NCBI GenBank assembly: GCA_051652765.1
Contig: JBOFUV010000042.1
Location: forward strand, 1-40,740
DNA: 40,740 nucleotides
From: Microcoleaceae cyanobacterium
GTDB taxonomy: Bacteria > Cyanobacteriota > Cyanobacteriia > Cyanobacteriales > Microcoleaceae
Direction: 5' to 3'
Made by a program: the position numbers and the translations under genes. Of this stretch, positions 1-8,792 are shown in pieces. Each line of letters starts with the position of its first letter. Position 1 is the stretch's first letter. The notes beneath the pieces were generated by a model. The model had not been told where the DNA came from and ran no database searches. It saw only the letters and a program-made list of their open reading frames with translations.

Positions 1-241
1 ATATGATGATTGATGAGATATCTGTGATGTAGGCAAGATGCCCACTCCAGGTTTACACTGCAAGTCAGATCGCCATGTCAACAACATTAACAAGTTAGTT
101 TAAGGAATTTTGGAAATCCGCTCTGTAGTTCTCCCTAACCTCCAATTCTGACCGGAGGAGTAACTCACTAATCTTTGCATAACCGACAATTTGTCAGAGA
201 TAAGTAGAGTTAGGAACTAATCACATCAGGAGTGGAAATTG

Positions 242-643
242 ATGAAGCTAAACAGCACAAAATCCCTAAATCTACCGCATTCCCCAAGTCAACACCCACA
301 AATTCAACATCTGCACATTCAACAAGCAATAGAAACCTATCAGCAAGCCGTGGAGATATTGGAGTCCTTGGGCGATCGCTTCTCTATCGGTATCATGCTG
401 TACCACATTGGGTTCCTCAATAGTCAATTGGGCAAATCTCAAGCCGCACTTCAGGCTTACCAACAAGCCTTAGTCATCTTTCAAGACTTGGGCGATCGCT
501 CACGGGAGGCGATCACATACTATGGCTTGGCCTTAATCTACAGTCAGCTCGGTCAAACTCAACGAGAGTTAGACCTCTACACACAAGCTCAACTCCTGGG
601 AATTGACCAAAATCGGAACAGCGCTGTCGCCAAAACTGCATAA
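242..643 (+). CDS. Short tetratricopeptide repeat (TPR) protein
   Basis: About 3 TPR-like helical repeats (AIETYQQAVEILESLGDR, ALQAYQQALVIFQDLGDRSREA..Y.GLA.IY). AGGAG at 228-232 favours the ATG at 242. Confidence 0.8.
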   Translation: MKLNSTKSLNLPHSPSQHPQIQHLHIQQAIETYQQAVEILESLGDRFSIGIMLYHIGFLNSQLGKSQAALQAYQQALVIFQDLGDRSREAITYYGLALIYSQLGQTQRELDLYTQAQLLGIDQNRNSAVAKTA

Positions 644-722
644 GCCGCTTCATGCTGGACATATATACAGTTAAGGATCTTAGTTGACTTTACTTTGGGT
701 ACTCTCACTAGAGGTTATGACC

Positions 723-896
723 ATGCAACTCTCTCCTACCCTCATTGAACGGGTTATTCTGAGCGCTTTAATCACTGTGCTGGCATCTATTCCGCTCACT
801 CAAACCAAGACTCAAGCTGAAGTTGCGCCAAGTCACGAGAGTCATTTGACCGCCTATCACGCTGGCACTCTCAGCTTGCCCTTGCTCAAGTTTTAA
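723..896 (+). CDS. Small putative secreted peptide (57 aa)
   Basis: GAGG at 711-714 precedes ATGs at 717 and 723. Hydrophobic core VILSALITVLASIPL, then a TQA|E signal peptidase-like site and a 25-aa His-rich mature part. Confidence 0.55.
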   Translation: MQLSPTLIERVILSALITVLASIPLTQTKTQAEVAPSHESHLTAYHAGTLSLPLLKF

Positions 897-921
897 CGTC
901 CTCTGGTTTAACGTCTTCTGG
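892..921. repeat. 15-bp tandem duplication TTTAACGTC(C/T)TCTGG x2
   Basis: Read directly at 892-906 and 907-921. Confidence 0.85.
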
Positions 922-946
922 TTTTCCTTTAGTTAGAGTCATCTTT

Positions 947-2014
947 ATGGAACCTCAACCCCCCCTCCAATCCCGTTTAGAAACCCTCCATCAAACTGGC
1001 CAACAGTACCTGCAGCAGGGTGAGTTCCTAGCTGCTTTAAAGCTCTTTCAACAACTGTTGGCGATCGCTGAGGAAACAGCCAATACTGCTCTGCAAGCAG
1101 AAGGATTAATTCAGATTGGTACTATTCACTATCATTTAGAGCATTCTGCTTGGGCAATTAAGTGTTTTGAGCGAGCGTTGATCTTTGCTCAACAGCTTCA
1201 GAGTTCCCAGAAAATTGCTGAAATTTACCAAGGAATCGGTCGAGTTTACTTTTCCTCAAAACAGTATTCTCAAGCCCTCAGATTTTACGTCAATGCCTTA
1301 GAAACTTTACAGGATCAGTCGGATTTGCTGGGCATGAGTTCTACCTTAAATTGTTTAGGTGAAGTTTACAACACAATTGGTTTGTTTGAAGAAGCCCGTC
1401 GGTGTTGTCGAAAAGCGTTACTGATTGTTGAGGAACTGGAGAAATCCTCTGAAGCTCAAGACCTTAATCTTCAGAAGCCTTTCAAAGCTTTGATTTTGCA
1501 CAATCTCGGTGTCGCTGAATATCATAGAGGTCGGATTCATCAAGCTTTAGCCTATTTGCTCCAAGCTTTAGCAGTTCAGCAAAAACTTAATCATTGTCAG
1601 TCTGAAAATCCAGATGCGTGTCATTTTTCATCTCGAAAAGTAGCACTGCAGTCTGCCAAAACCCTCCAACAAATTGGTACTGTTTACCTGGCACTTGAGA
1701 AATTCAATAAAGCCTTTGATGCTTATCAAAAAGCCGAAAAAATCTATCAAGTGTATGAACAACCCGAAGTCTATGCCCAAGTCCTGAACTTTTTAGGACT
1801 TAGCTGTTATCAGCAGGGAAATACTTCACAATCGCTGTGGTACCATGTTAAGGCTTTGGAACAATTTAACCAGCTAGAGCGTGTGACATCAGAGCTTGGA
1901 AAGTTGCCCCATATACTCACTATTTACCGTGAGTTTGATCTCTTAGATGAGGGAGTGAAACTCTATCGTCGCACCCAAGAACTCCTAAAAATGCTAGGTT
2001 CGGAGGTGAGCTAA
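947..2014 (+). CDS. TPR protein (about 7 repeats)
   Basis: Repeated TPR motifs (TLNCLGEVYNTIG, ILHNLGVAEYHRG, TLQQIGTVYLALE, VLNFLGLSCYQQG). Confidence 0.88.
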   Translation: MEPQPPLQSRLETLHQTGQQYLQQGEFLAALKLFQQLLAIAEETANTALQAEGLIQIGTIHYHLEHSAWAIKCFERALIFAQQLQSSQKIAEIYQGIGRVYFSSKQYSQALRFYVNALETLQDQSDLLGMSSTLNCLGEVYNTIGLFEEARRCCRKALLIVEELEKSSEAQDLNLQKPFKALILHNLGVAEYHRGRIHQALAYLLQALAVQQKLNHCQSENPDACHFSSRKVALQSAKTLQQIGTVYLALEKFNKAFDAYQKAEKIYQVYEQPEVYAQVLNFLGLSCYQQGNTSQSLWYHVKALEQFNQLERVTSELGKLPHILTIYREFDLLDEGVKLYRRTQELLKMLGSEVS

Positions 2015-2049
2015 AATCAGGCTGAATCATGGGGCTTAACCATTTCCTT

Positions 2050-2084
2050 AATAGCCATTTTCTCAATAGCCATTTTCTCAATAG
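2050..2084. repeat. 15-bp tandem repeat AATAGCCATTTTCTC x2.3
   Basis: Exact copies at 2050-2064 and 2065-2079, plus a partial copy. Confidence 0.9.
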
Positions 2085-2101
2085 ATAGTGAAGGATGGAT
2101 A

Positions 2102-4660
2102 GTGAAAGGCTTGACTCACAAAGATGTACAACCGATTCGTTCTTCGACAGACCCTATCTTTCACTTAACTGCTCAACAGGTTGATAGCGTCTGTTTGTTT
2201 GAGCTGTCTTGGGGGCGGGGTCAACGTTTGGGGGTCAGAATTCCCTACCCTGAGCTGATGACTCAACTCTATCAAGAGTGGCAACAGATGTACCTGAGCT
2301 TCTACAAGCAGGCATTGCGGGGTCGAGTGGATCGATCGGGAAAGATTCCCCTAGCTCCTACAGATCCTAATGTTGCGATAGACTGGCATTCAAAGTTAGT
2401 CCAGGCTGAGGCCAAGCTGCTCTACCAATTTCATCGTTGGTTGCGCCATGAGGACTTATTTGAAATTCGCGCTACGATTGCCAAGGCGGTTTCCAAGTCA
2501 GTTCCCCAGTCCTCAAGTCAATGGCCGAGTTTTCCATCCCAGGTTGATGTGTTTCTCACGGCTAGCCCCCTTGATTTGGCGCGTCTACCTTGGGAAGCCT
2601 GGGAAATTGGCACTGAATTCACCGCCACTGGCAAAATTCGGATTGTCCGCAAGCCGCTCAATATTCGCAGTGAAACCCAGTTATCGTGCCACTCAAGTCG
2701 AACGCGTCGGATGAGAGTGCTGGCCATTTTAGGGGATGAAACGGGGTTGGATTTTAAGGCGGATAAGGATGCGGTGCGATCGCTCTCTCCCCTAGCTGAA
2801 ATTTGTTTTGTGGGATGGCAACCGGGCAAAGGAGCCGGAGAACTTCGAACTGAGATTGCTGAAGCGATCGCGGATCGCCAGGGATGGGATGTATTATTCT
2901 TTGCTGGACATAGCAACGAAGCCGAACTCGTGGGCGGCGAATTGGCCGTTGGCCCCAAGATCTCACTTTACTTGAATGAGTTGATTCAACCTCTCACCAT
3001 TGCCAAGGAACGAGGTTTGCAATTTGCCATGTTTAACTCTTGTAAGGGTTTAAGCTTGGCGAATGCTCTGATTGATTTGGGGTTGTGTCAAGTGGCGGTG
3101 ATGCGAGAGCCGATTCATAATCAGGTTGCCCAGGAATTTTTGTTGCATTTTCTCCGGAGTCTAGGGGCCTATCAGGATGCCCATGATGCCTTGTTGTCTG
3201 CCTGTCAATTTCTCAAATTGGAGAAGCAATTGACCTATCCCAGTGCCTACTTGATTCCTTCTCTATTTCGCCATCCTGACGCTCCAGTATTTCGCCTAAG
3301 ACATACTTATTGGCTCGATCGGGTCAAACAATGGCTGCCCCGCAAGCGGGAGGCGATCGCCCTCAGTGCTGTATTAGTTGCCAGTTGGCAGTTGAGTTTA
3401 CAGGAAGTTCTGCTGGATCAGCGAATGTTAGTTCAGACTCTCTATCGTCAGTTGACCCATCAAGTGTCCAGAACCGCCTCACCACCGATTTTGCTGGTTG
3501 GAGTGGATGAAGAGTTTATCATGCGTAATAAAATCTCCAATCCCAAACCCTTTGATCGTCAGTTGCTCGCTCAGATCATCGATCGATTGGTGGCGGCAAA
3601 TGTTACGGTCATCGGCCTTGATTATCTGCTGGATCGATACCAACCGGGGAACGATGAACGCTTGGCTGTGTCCATTCGAGGGGCCGTTCAAGACCAAGCC
3701 ACCTGGTTTACCTTTGTGAGTAAGTTTAAGGAACGGAACTGTTTTGTGGATACGATTCCAGAGTTGGCTGATCCGAGCTGGAGCTTGAGTGGGGATTTAA
3801 GTATTTTGGGGGAGATTCCGCTGTACATGGCCTTATTGTCTCAACCTCAGGAACAGTCCCCCGATGCCTCCTGTCCTGCACGTTTGCCCTTTTCCTACCT
3901 TGTAGCCTTGAGTCACTGGATGCAGGTTGAGCAATCGAACCCGCCCCAGCCCAAGTTAACGGCTTCGAACCAGTGGCTGAATCAGATTAGAGTCAGCTTG
4001 ACTGACGAGACCGGAGAAGACTATCAAACGCTATTTTCTCCTCGCTCTACCCAGCACCCTGTTACCCTACTGGCGTATCGGCTGAACCAATGGTGGTTGC
4101 ATCCCGTGATTGATTATTCCATTGCACCCCAACACGTGTATCAACTGCTCCCAGCTTGGCAACTCTTGCAGGAACCAATCGCTACTTTAGACTTGCCTCC
4201 AGAACCCTTTATCGCGTTAATTGCTCCATGGGGCTACGGCGAAGCAGGCATTGACCAGGATGGAGAGGATAACTTTCCAGTTCCCTTGGCCCTAGATTAC
4301 TGGCGATCGCAGGCAACGACCGAGACACAAGCCTCCATGCCAGAGAAAATGCCAGGGGCCGAGGTTCATGCCTACATGACCTATCATTTTCTCCATCAAC
4401 GGTTTGTGGTTCCGATTCCTGATCTCTGGATGATTTTAGTCTTTGCTTTGATTGGCAAAGGGGCAACCCTGGCAATTCGTCAAGCTCCCGCTCAACGGGC
4501 AAGGTGGATACTGCTGTTGATTGGGGCAACGGGACTTTATGGACTGATCAGTTTACAACTCTACATTACTGGAGCCATTCTGCTGCCGTGGAGTTTACCC
4601 GTGATCACCTTGTGGATTTATAGTCTGTTTGCTCTGCTGGAGAGAGAGTCTTATGGCTAA
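2102..4660 (+). CDS. CHAT (caspase-HetF-like protease) domain fused to a CHASE2 sensor with C-terminal TM helices
   Basis: LARLPWE, FFAGHS (His270) and FNSCKG (Cys314) mark CHAT. ILLVGVDE, IGLDYLLD and PGAEVHA mark CHASE2. Three C-terminal hydrophobic helices. GTG start is uncertain. Confidence 0.88.
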   Translation: MKGLTHKDVQPIRSSTDPIFHLTAQQVDSVCLFELSWGRGQRLGVRIPYPELMTQLYQEWQQMYLSFYKQALRGRVDRSGKIPLAPTDPNVAIDWHSKLVQAEAKLLYQFHRWLRHEDLFEIRATIAKAVSKSVPQSSSQWPSFPSQVDVFLTASPLDLARLPWEAWEIGTEFTATGKIRIVRKPLNIRSETQLSCHSSRTRRMRVLAILGDETGLDFKADKDAVRSLSPLAEICFVGWQPGKGAGELRTEIAEAIADRQGWDVLFFAGHSNEAELVGGELAVGPKISLYLNELIQPLTIAKERGLQFAMFNSCKGLSLANALIDLGLCQVAVMREPIHNQVAQEFLLHFLRSLGAYQDAHDALLSACQFLKLEKQLTYPSAYLIPSLFRHPDAPVFRLRHTYWLDRVKQWLPRKREAIALSAVLVASWQLSLQEVLLDQRMLVQTLYRQLTHQVSRTASPPILLVGVDEEFIMRNKISNPKPFDRQLLAQIIDRLVAANVTVIGLDYLLDRYQPGNDERLAVSIRGAVQDQATWFTFVSKFKERNCFVDTIPELADPSWSLSGDLSILGEIPLYMALLSQPQEQSPDASCPARLPFSYLVALSHWMQVEQSNPPQPKLTASNQWLNQIRVSLTDETGEDYQTLFSPRSTQHPVTLLAYRLNQWWLHPVIDYSIAPQHVYQLLPAWQLLQEPIATLDLPPEPFIALIAPWGYGEAGIDQDGEDNFPVPLALDYWRSQATTETQASMPEKMPGAEVHAYMTYHFLHQRFVVPIPDLWMILVFALIGKGATLAIRQAPAQRARWILLLIGATGLYGLISLQLYITGAILLPWSLPVITLWIYSLFALLERESYG

Positions 4661-4677
4661 GTTGATTGAGTCGTCAT

Positions 4678-5199
4678 CTATGCCGTTTGCGCTGATTGCA
4701 ATTCTAGGCTAGCAACTTCCAATAAGGCCCAAACCGTCACAACAGCATGAGGGTCATCGCCCCAGGCATCTGGAAGCAACGCTTGAGCAGCTTCAGCATC
4801 AGCCAATGTGAGCAAACCATACTGATTGACCCGTTGAGCAATGGGAGCTAACGTTCCCTCCCACCGCCCACAATTCAACAGGGAAGATGTCCAAGTCTCG
4901 TCAGAGAGATCGTATCCCAGCAAACTCAACCGGGGATGATCCCTTGGCACTGTTTCTTGGAGCGCATCGGCAAAAAGCAAGTAATACTCTCGATCGGAAC
5001 GGGGAGCAGGTAAACATTGAAGGGTTGCCGATAATTCGTCCAAAGATTGCAACAGATAATCCCCTGATTCCTCAACATAGGGATTGGCCCAACTATCAAT
5101 CGTTCGGACTTGTTGGAGATGGGGCAACCCTAGAAAGTTGAGATAACCTTCCCATTCTGGATCGCCCACACCACGAATTGCTCTGGTGCTTAACCACAT
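4678..5199 (-). CDS. Hypothetical protein (173 aa)
   Basis: Natural-looking ORF 31 bp downstream of moaD/thiS on the same strand. LGYDLSD..SSLLNCG motif. No family recognised. Confidence 0.7.
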   Translation of the reverse strand: MWLSTRAIRGVGDPEWEGYLNFLGLPHLQQVRTIDSWANPYVEESGDYLLQSLDELSATLQCLPAPRSDREYYLLFADALQETVPRDHPRLSLLGYDLSDETWTSSLLNCGRWEGTLAPIAQRVNQYGLLTLADAEAAQALLPDAWGDDPHAVVTVWALLEVASLELQSAQTA

Positions 5200-5230
5200 T
5201 GGTCTAGAAGCTACTGAGGAGCAAAATTAA

Positions 5231-5512
5231 TTAACCTCCAGCTACAGCGGGAACGATACTGACTTCGTCGCCATCACTCAGGACGGTTTGAGTTCCTTCT
5301 AGGAACCGAATATCTTCGCTATTGACGTAGAAGTTCAGAAATCGACGGGGCTGACCACTGTCGTCACAGAGACTATTCTTGATACCGGGACAGGCTGTCT
5401 CTAAAGAATCAATCAGCTCTAGGATGCTCGCCCCTTCGCAGTCTAGGGTGGCTTGATTATTGGTGAACTTTTGCAGAGGGGTTGGAATCAAAACTTTAAC
5501 AGTCATAGTCAA
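5231..5512 (-). CDS. MoaD/ThiS/CysO family ubiquitin-like sulfur carrier
   Basis: [25 protein letters not shown] and C-terminal IVPAVAGG di-glycine. Confidence 0.92.
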   Translation of the reverse strand: MTMTVKVLIPTPLQKFTNNQATLDCEGASILELIDSLETACPGIKNSLCDDSGQPRRFLNFYVNSEDIRFLEGTQTVLSDGDEVSIVPAVAGG

Positions 5513-5576
5513 GTCGTTAGTGATTTAAGAGTTATCTGAGCACTATAGCAATCAAAAATGATTCATAAGAGGTCTA

Positions 5577-5618
5577 TAGAGTGGGCATCTAGCCTGCGTG
5601 AGCTAGATGCCCACTCTA
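5577..5618. repeat. Perfect 17-bp inverted repeat (REP-like hairpin) between thrC-like and moaD-like genes
   Basis: TAGAGTGGGCATCTAGC-N8-GCTAGATGCCCACTCTA. A similar right arm (GGCAAGATGCCCACTCCA) is at 32-49. Confidence 0.8.
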
Positions 5619-5727
5619 CATTCACACTACAAATCAGATTGCTATAATAGCTTTGCAATCTTGATATTAGGTAGGTTGGTGTTACGTTACTTGGCACCCA
5701 ACCTACAAACTTTGTCTAGGCAAACTC

Positions 5728-7026
5728 CTAAACCAAAACCTGCTGCCACTCCAATCGCTCCAGGGTGCGGGCTCGCTCTAGGGCCTGCTCGAAGCATTCG
5801 AGTTTAGCATCAATAGTCAGGGGTTCACCGACATATCCTTGAACCGCTTCCTGAGTCTTGAGACCATTGCCCGTAATATAAGCAACGGTGGTTTCTTCAG
5901 GGTCAATCTTGCCTGCTTCGACCAGTTTCTTCAGGACAGCAATGGTGGTTCCTCCAGCGGTTTCGGTAAAGATGCCTTCAGTTTCTGCCAAGAGCTGAAT
6001 CCCTTCAATAATTTCGGCATCGGTGACTGATTCAATGTGACCATTGGTTTTTTTAGCCAGTTCTACCGCATAGATGCCATCCGCAGGGTTCCCAATCGCA
6101 ATCGACTTGGCAATGGTGTTGGGCTTGACGGGGGTAATAAAGTCCCGCCCTTCTCTGAAGGCTTGAGCCACAGGGGAGCAGCCTTCTGCCTGAGCCCCGC
6201 TGAACCGAACCGCTTTGTCTTCGACAAGGCCGACCTTGATAAATTCTTGGAAGCCTTTATAAATTTTGTTGTAGAGAGAACCGGAGGCAATAGGAGCAAC
6301 AATGTGATCGGGAAGCTTCCAACCCAACTGTTCTGCAACTTCAAAGCCCAGGGTTTTTGAACCTTCGGAGTAGTAGGGTCGCAGGTTAATATTAACAAAG
6401 CCCCAACCGTGGGTATTCGCAACTTCACAACAGAGGCGGTTGACTTGGTCATAATTGCCTTTGACCGCCATCAGAATGGGATTGTAAATCAACGTGCCCA
6501 GAATTTTCCCAGCTTCTAAATCGGCTGGAATAAACACGCAACAATCCAGTCCAGCTTTGGCCGCGATCGCTGCCGTTGAGTTCGCTAAGTTCCCCGTACT
6601 CGCACAGGAGACCGTAGAAAAGCCTAGTTCTCGTGCTCGGCTCAGGGCCACCGACACCACCCGATCCTTGAAACTCAGGGTAGGCATGTTGACCGCATCA
6701 TTTTTAATATACAAATTCTTTAGACCCAGACGACGGGCGAGGCGCTGAGATTGCACCAAGGGAGTCATGCCTGTACCCACATCAATCACATCTTCAGTTG
6801 CAACCGGGAGGAAATTGCGATAGCGCCAGATCGAGTTTGGCCCCGCTTCAATCGTGGCACGGCTAACCTTCTGGCGGAGTAAGTCGTAGTTATACTGAAC
6901 TTCGAGGGGGCCAAAACAGACTTCACAAACGTGCTTTGCCTCGAGGGCATAATCAGCACCGCACTCTTTGCAAGTCAGCTTTTCAAAGGTTGCTCCCGTC
7001 AGAGAAGTTGTGGTTGCCTGGGTCAT
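5728..7026 (-). CDS. thrC: Threonine synthase-like PLP enzyme (long form with N-terminal Cys cluster); may be a sulfur-carrier-dependent sulfhydrylase
   Basis: PTLSFKDR PLP lysine, CASTGNLANS, EGSKTLGFEVAEQLGW, ITGNGLK, and N-terminal CKEC..CEVC. Confidence 0.85.
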   Translation of the reverse strand: MTQATTTSLTGATFEKLTCKECGADYALEAKHVCEVCFGPLEVQYNYDLLRQKVSRATIEAGPNSIWRYRNFLPVATEDVIDVGTGMTPLVQSQRLARRLGLKNLYIKNDAVNMPTLSFKDRVVSVALSRARELGFSTVSCASTGNLANSTAAIAAKAGLDCCVFIPADLEAGKILGTLIYNPILMAVKGNYDQVNRLCCEVANTHGWGFVNINLRPYYSEGSKTLGFEVAEQLGWKLPDHIVAPIASGSLYNKIYKGFQEFIKVGLVEDKAVRFSGAQAEGCSPVAQAFREGRDFITPVKPNTIAKSIAIGNPADGIYAVELAKKTNGHIESVTDAEIIEGIQLLAETEGIFTETAGGTTIAVLKKLVEAGKIDPEETTVAYITGNGLKTQEAVQGYVGEPLTIDAKLECFEQALERARTLERLEWQQVLV

Positions 7027-7094
7027 GGGTTGAGCCTCCTGAATCTGTCGTTACTGTAGATGAATACTAAGCTGAATTAAATCTAATTGTTGAA

Positions 7095-7124
7095 AGCGTA
7101 TCACGGCCTCAAAATCCTCGTCAA
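7095..7124 (-). promoter_or_regulatory. Putative sigma70 promoter for the thrC-like operon
   Basis: Minus strand TTGACG (7124-7119), 18-nt spacer, extended -10 TGnTACGCT (7103-7095). Confidence 0.55.
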
Positions 7125-7126
7125 CA

Positions 7127-7151
7127 ATACCCGACTTTTTTTGTCGGGATT
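7127..7151. promoter_or_regulatory. Rrf2-family (IscR type-1/CymR-like) operator
   Basis: 25-bp ATACCCGACTTTTTTTGTCGGGATT closely follows the IscR type-1 consensus ATASYYGACTRWWWYAGTCRRSTAT and abuts the -35 element. Confidence 0.65.
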
Positions 7152-7299
7152 AAAATTTTCCTTGGAAAATGGCTGATATCCCGATTCATCTGTTCCTGAA
7201 CCTTGAAAACGATGCTATTCTTTTAGGAACCTGAGAAGAAATTTATAATTCTTAACGTTGGGGGCCAAAATTGCTGTTTGATTCGGACTAAGTAGAGCC

Positions 7300-7773
7300 A
7301 TGACGGACGACAACCCTTACGTAAAGCTATTACTGCAAAACCTAAAAAGCCATGACTCAGATCTTCGCAAGCGCGCAACTCAAGAGCTTTGGCGGCTGTG
7401 GTTTGAGCAAAAGGGCGAGGCTGCTCTTGAACAAATCCGCAAAGCAGAAGTATGGTTACAGATGGGAGAAGTGACCGAGGCTGAAGCTATTCTGAACCAG
7501 CTCATTGTCGATTTACCCGATTTTGTGGAGGCTTGGAACCGGCGGGCTGTCCTCTACTACGTGACTCATCGGTACGGCAAGGCTTTGGAAGATTGTAAAG
7601 TGGTCATCACCCTCAATCCAGTTCATTTTGGAGCCCTGCATGGTATGGGACTCTGCTATGTCGCTCTGGAAAATTACCCCGCTGCAATTCACGCTTTCCG
7701 TCAAGCCCTGGAAGTTCAACCCTATTCCCTCGAAAACCAACGGTTAATCTTGGAATGTACAGCCAAGCTTTAA
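7300..7773 (+). CDS. TPR protein
   Basis: PDFVEAWNRRAVLYY and NPVHFGALHGMGLCY TPR motifs. Confidence 0.88.
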   Translation: MTDDNPYVKLLLQNLKSHDSDLRKRATQELWRLWFEQKGEAALEQIRKAEVWLQMGEVTEAEAILNQLIVDLPDFVEAWNRRAVLYYVTHRYGKALEDCKVVITLNPVHFGALHGMGLCYVALENYPAAIHAFRQALEVQPYSLENQRLILECTAKL

Positions 7774-7910
7774 TTTTTATGGCAATCCTATAGAAGCTTG
7801 CTTGATAGAGTCCCTTACGTTTTGCTCCATGGCTCATTTTCTGTAGAGTCGCTACACTGTTGAATGAAAAAGATCAATCGTGAGTCAAGCACATTGTCAA
7901 GCAAATTTTT

Positions 7911-8792
7911 ATGGCAACTCGCAGAGACACAATCTTTGAACAATTCCTGGCTCCAATGTTTAAATTCCTGGTGAACCAGGAGGAAATGGATCGCTTTTAC
8001 CGCAGTATTGACTGGGAACGGGAGCGCGATCGCCTGACCGATCCAAATGTGACCTATCCAGAGTATTACAAGTCCCAGAATTTTCACGGCATTGAAGGGG
8101 GCTATCTCACAATTGGAGCCGCCGTTTCCTACGATCCGATTACCCAGTACGCCCTGCCCCCGAACGAAACCTGGGTGCGGCAAGGCTTAATCCAAGCCAT
8201 TCAGGGAAAACCTCGGAGAATTTTGGACTTGGGCTGTGGTACAGGCTCCACCACACTCTTGCTCAAGAAAGCATTTCCCGATGCCGAAGTGATCGGTCTT
8301 GATCTGTCTCCCTATCTGTTGATTGTGGCCGAGACCAAAGCTCAGCAAGCAGGGCTGAACATTCAATTCCGCCAGGGTCAAGCCGAACACACCCCTTTTC
8401 CGGATGGCGCTTTTGATCTGGTTACTGCTGCGTTGCTGTTTCATGAAACTCCGCCCCATATTTCCCAGGCCATCTTGCAGGAAGGATTTCGACTGTTACA
8501 ATCGGGGGGCGAACTGTTAGTCCTAGATGGGAATCAGAAAACCCTGCGCCAAACCGAATGGCTCACCAATATTTTCGAGGAGCCCTATATTCAAGACTAT
8601 GCCGAGGGCAGCGTGGATGCCTGGATGGGAACAGCTTGTTTCGGAGCAATTCGGACTGAGGAATGGTGGTGGCTGCATCAGATTAGCCGAGGCGTTAAAC
8701 CCTTGCTCAGTCATCACCCTAGAGCAACTCCTCAAGTGAGTGTAAAGTTCAACTCTCCTGACTTGGGCAATGGATGGCCTGAACCTGCTTAG
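7911..8792 (+). CDS. Class I SAM-dependent methyltransferase (UbiE-like)
   Basis: ILDLGCGTG, VIGLDLS, FDLVTAALLFHE. Confidence 0.92.
   Translation: MATRRDTIFEQFLAPMFKFLVNQEEMDRFYRSIDWERERDRLTDPNVTYPEYYKSQNFHGIEGGYLTIGAAVSYDPITQYALPPNETWVRQGLIQAIQGKPRRILDLGCGTGSTTLLLKKAFPDAEVIGLDLSPYLLIVAETKAQQAGLNIQFRQGQAEHTPFPDGAFDLVTAALLFHETPPHISQAILQEGFRLLQSGGELLVLDGNQKTLRQTEWLTNIFEEPYIQDYAEGSVDAWMGTACFGAIRTEEWWWLHQISRGVKPLLSHHPRATPQVSVKFNSPDLGNGWPEPA

Noticed and set aside
723..896. patS/patX-like morphogen gene
   Set aside because: No RG(S/T)GR pentapeptide.
2102..4660. Craspase/CRISPR type III-E or other defence-associated CHAT system
   Set aside because: No cas genes or array nearby, and the CHASE2-TM architecture points to extracellular sensing.
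7911..8792. egtD
   Set aside because: UbiE-like motifs with no EgtD signatures recognised, and it is on the opposite strand from egtCB.
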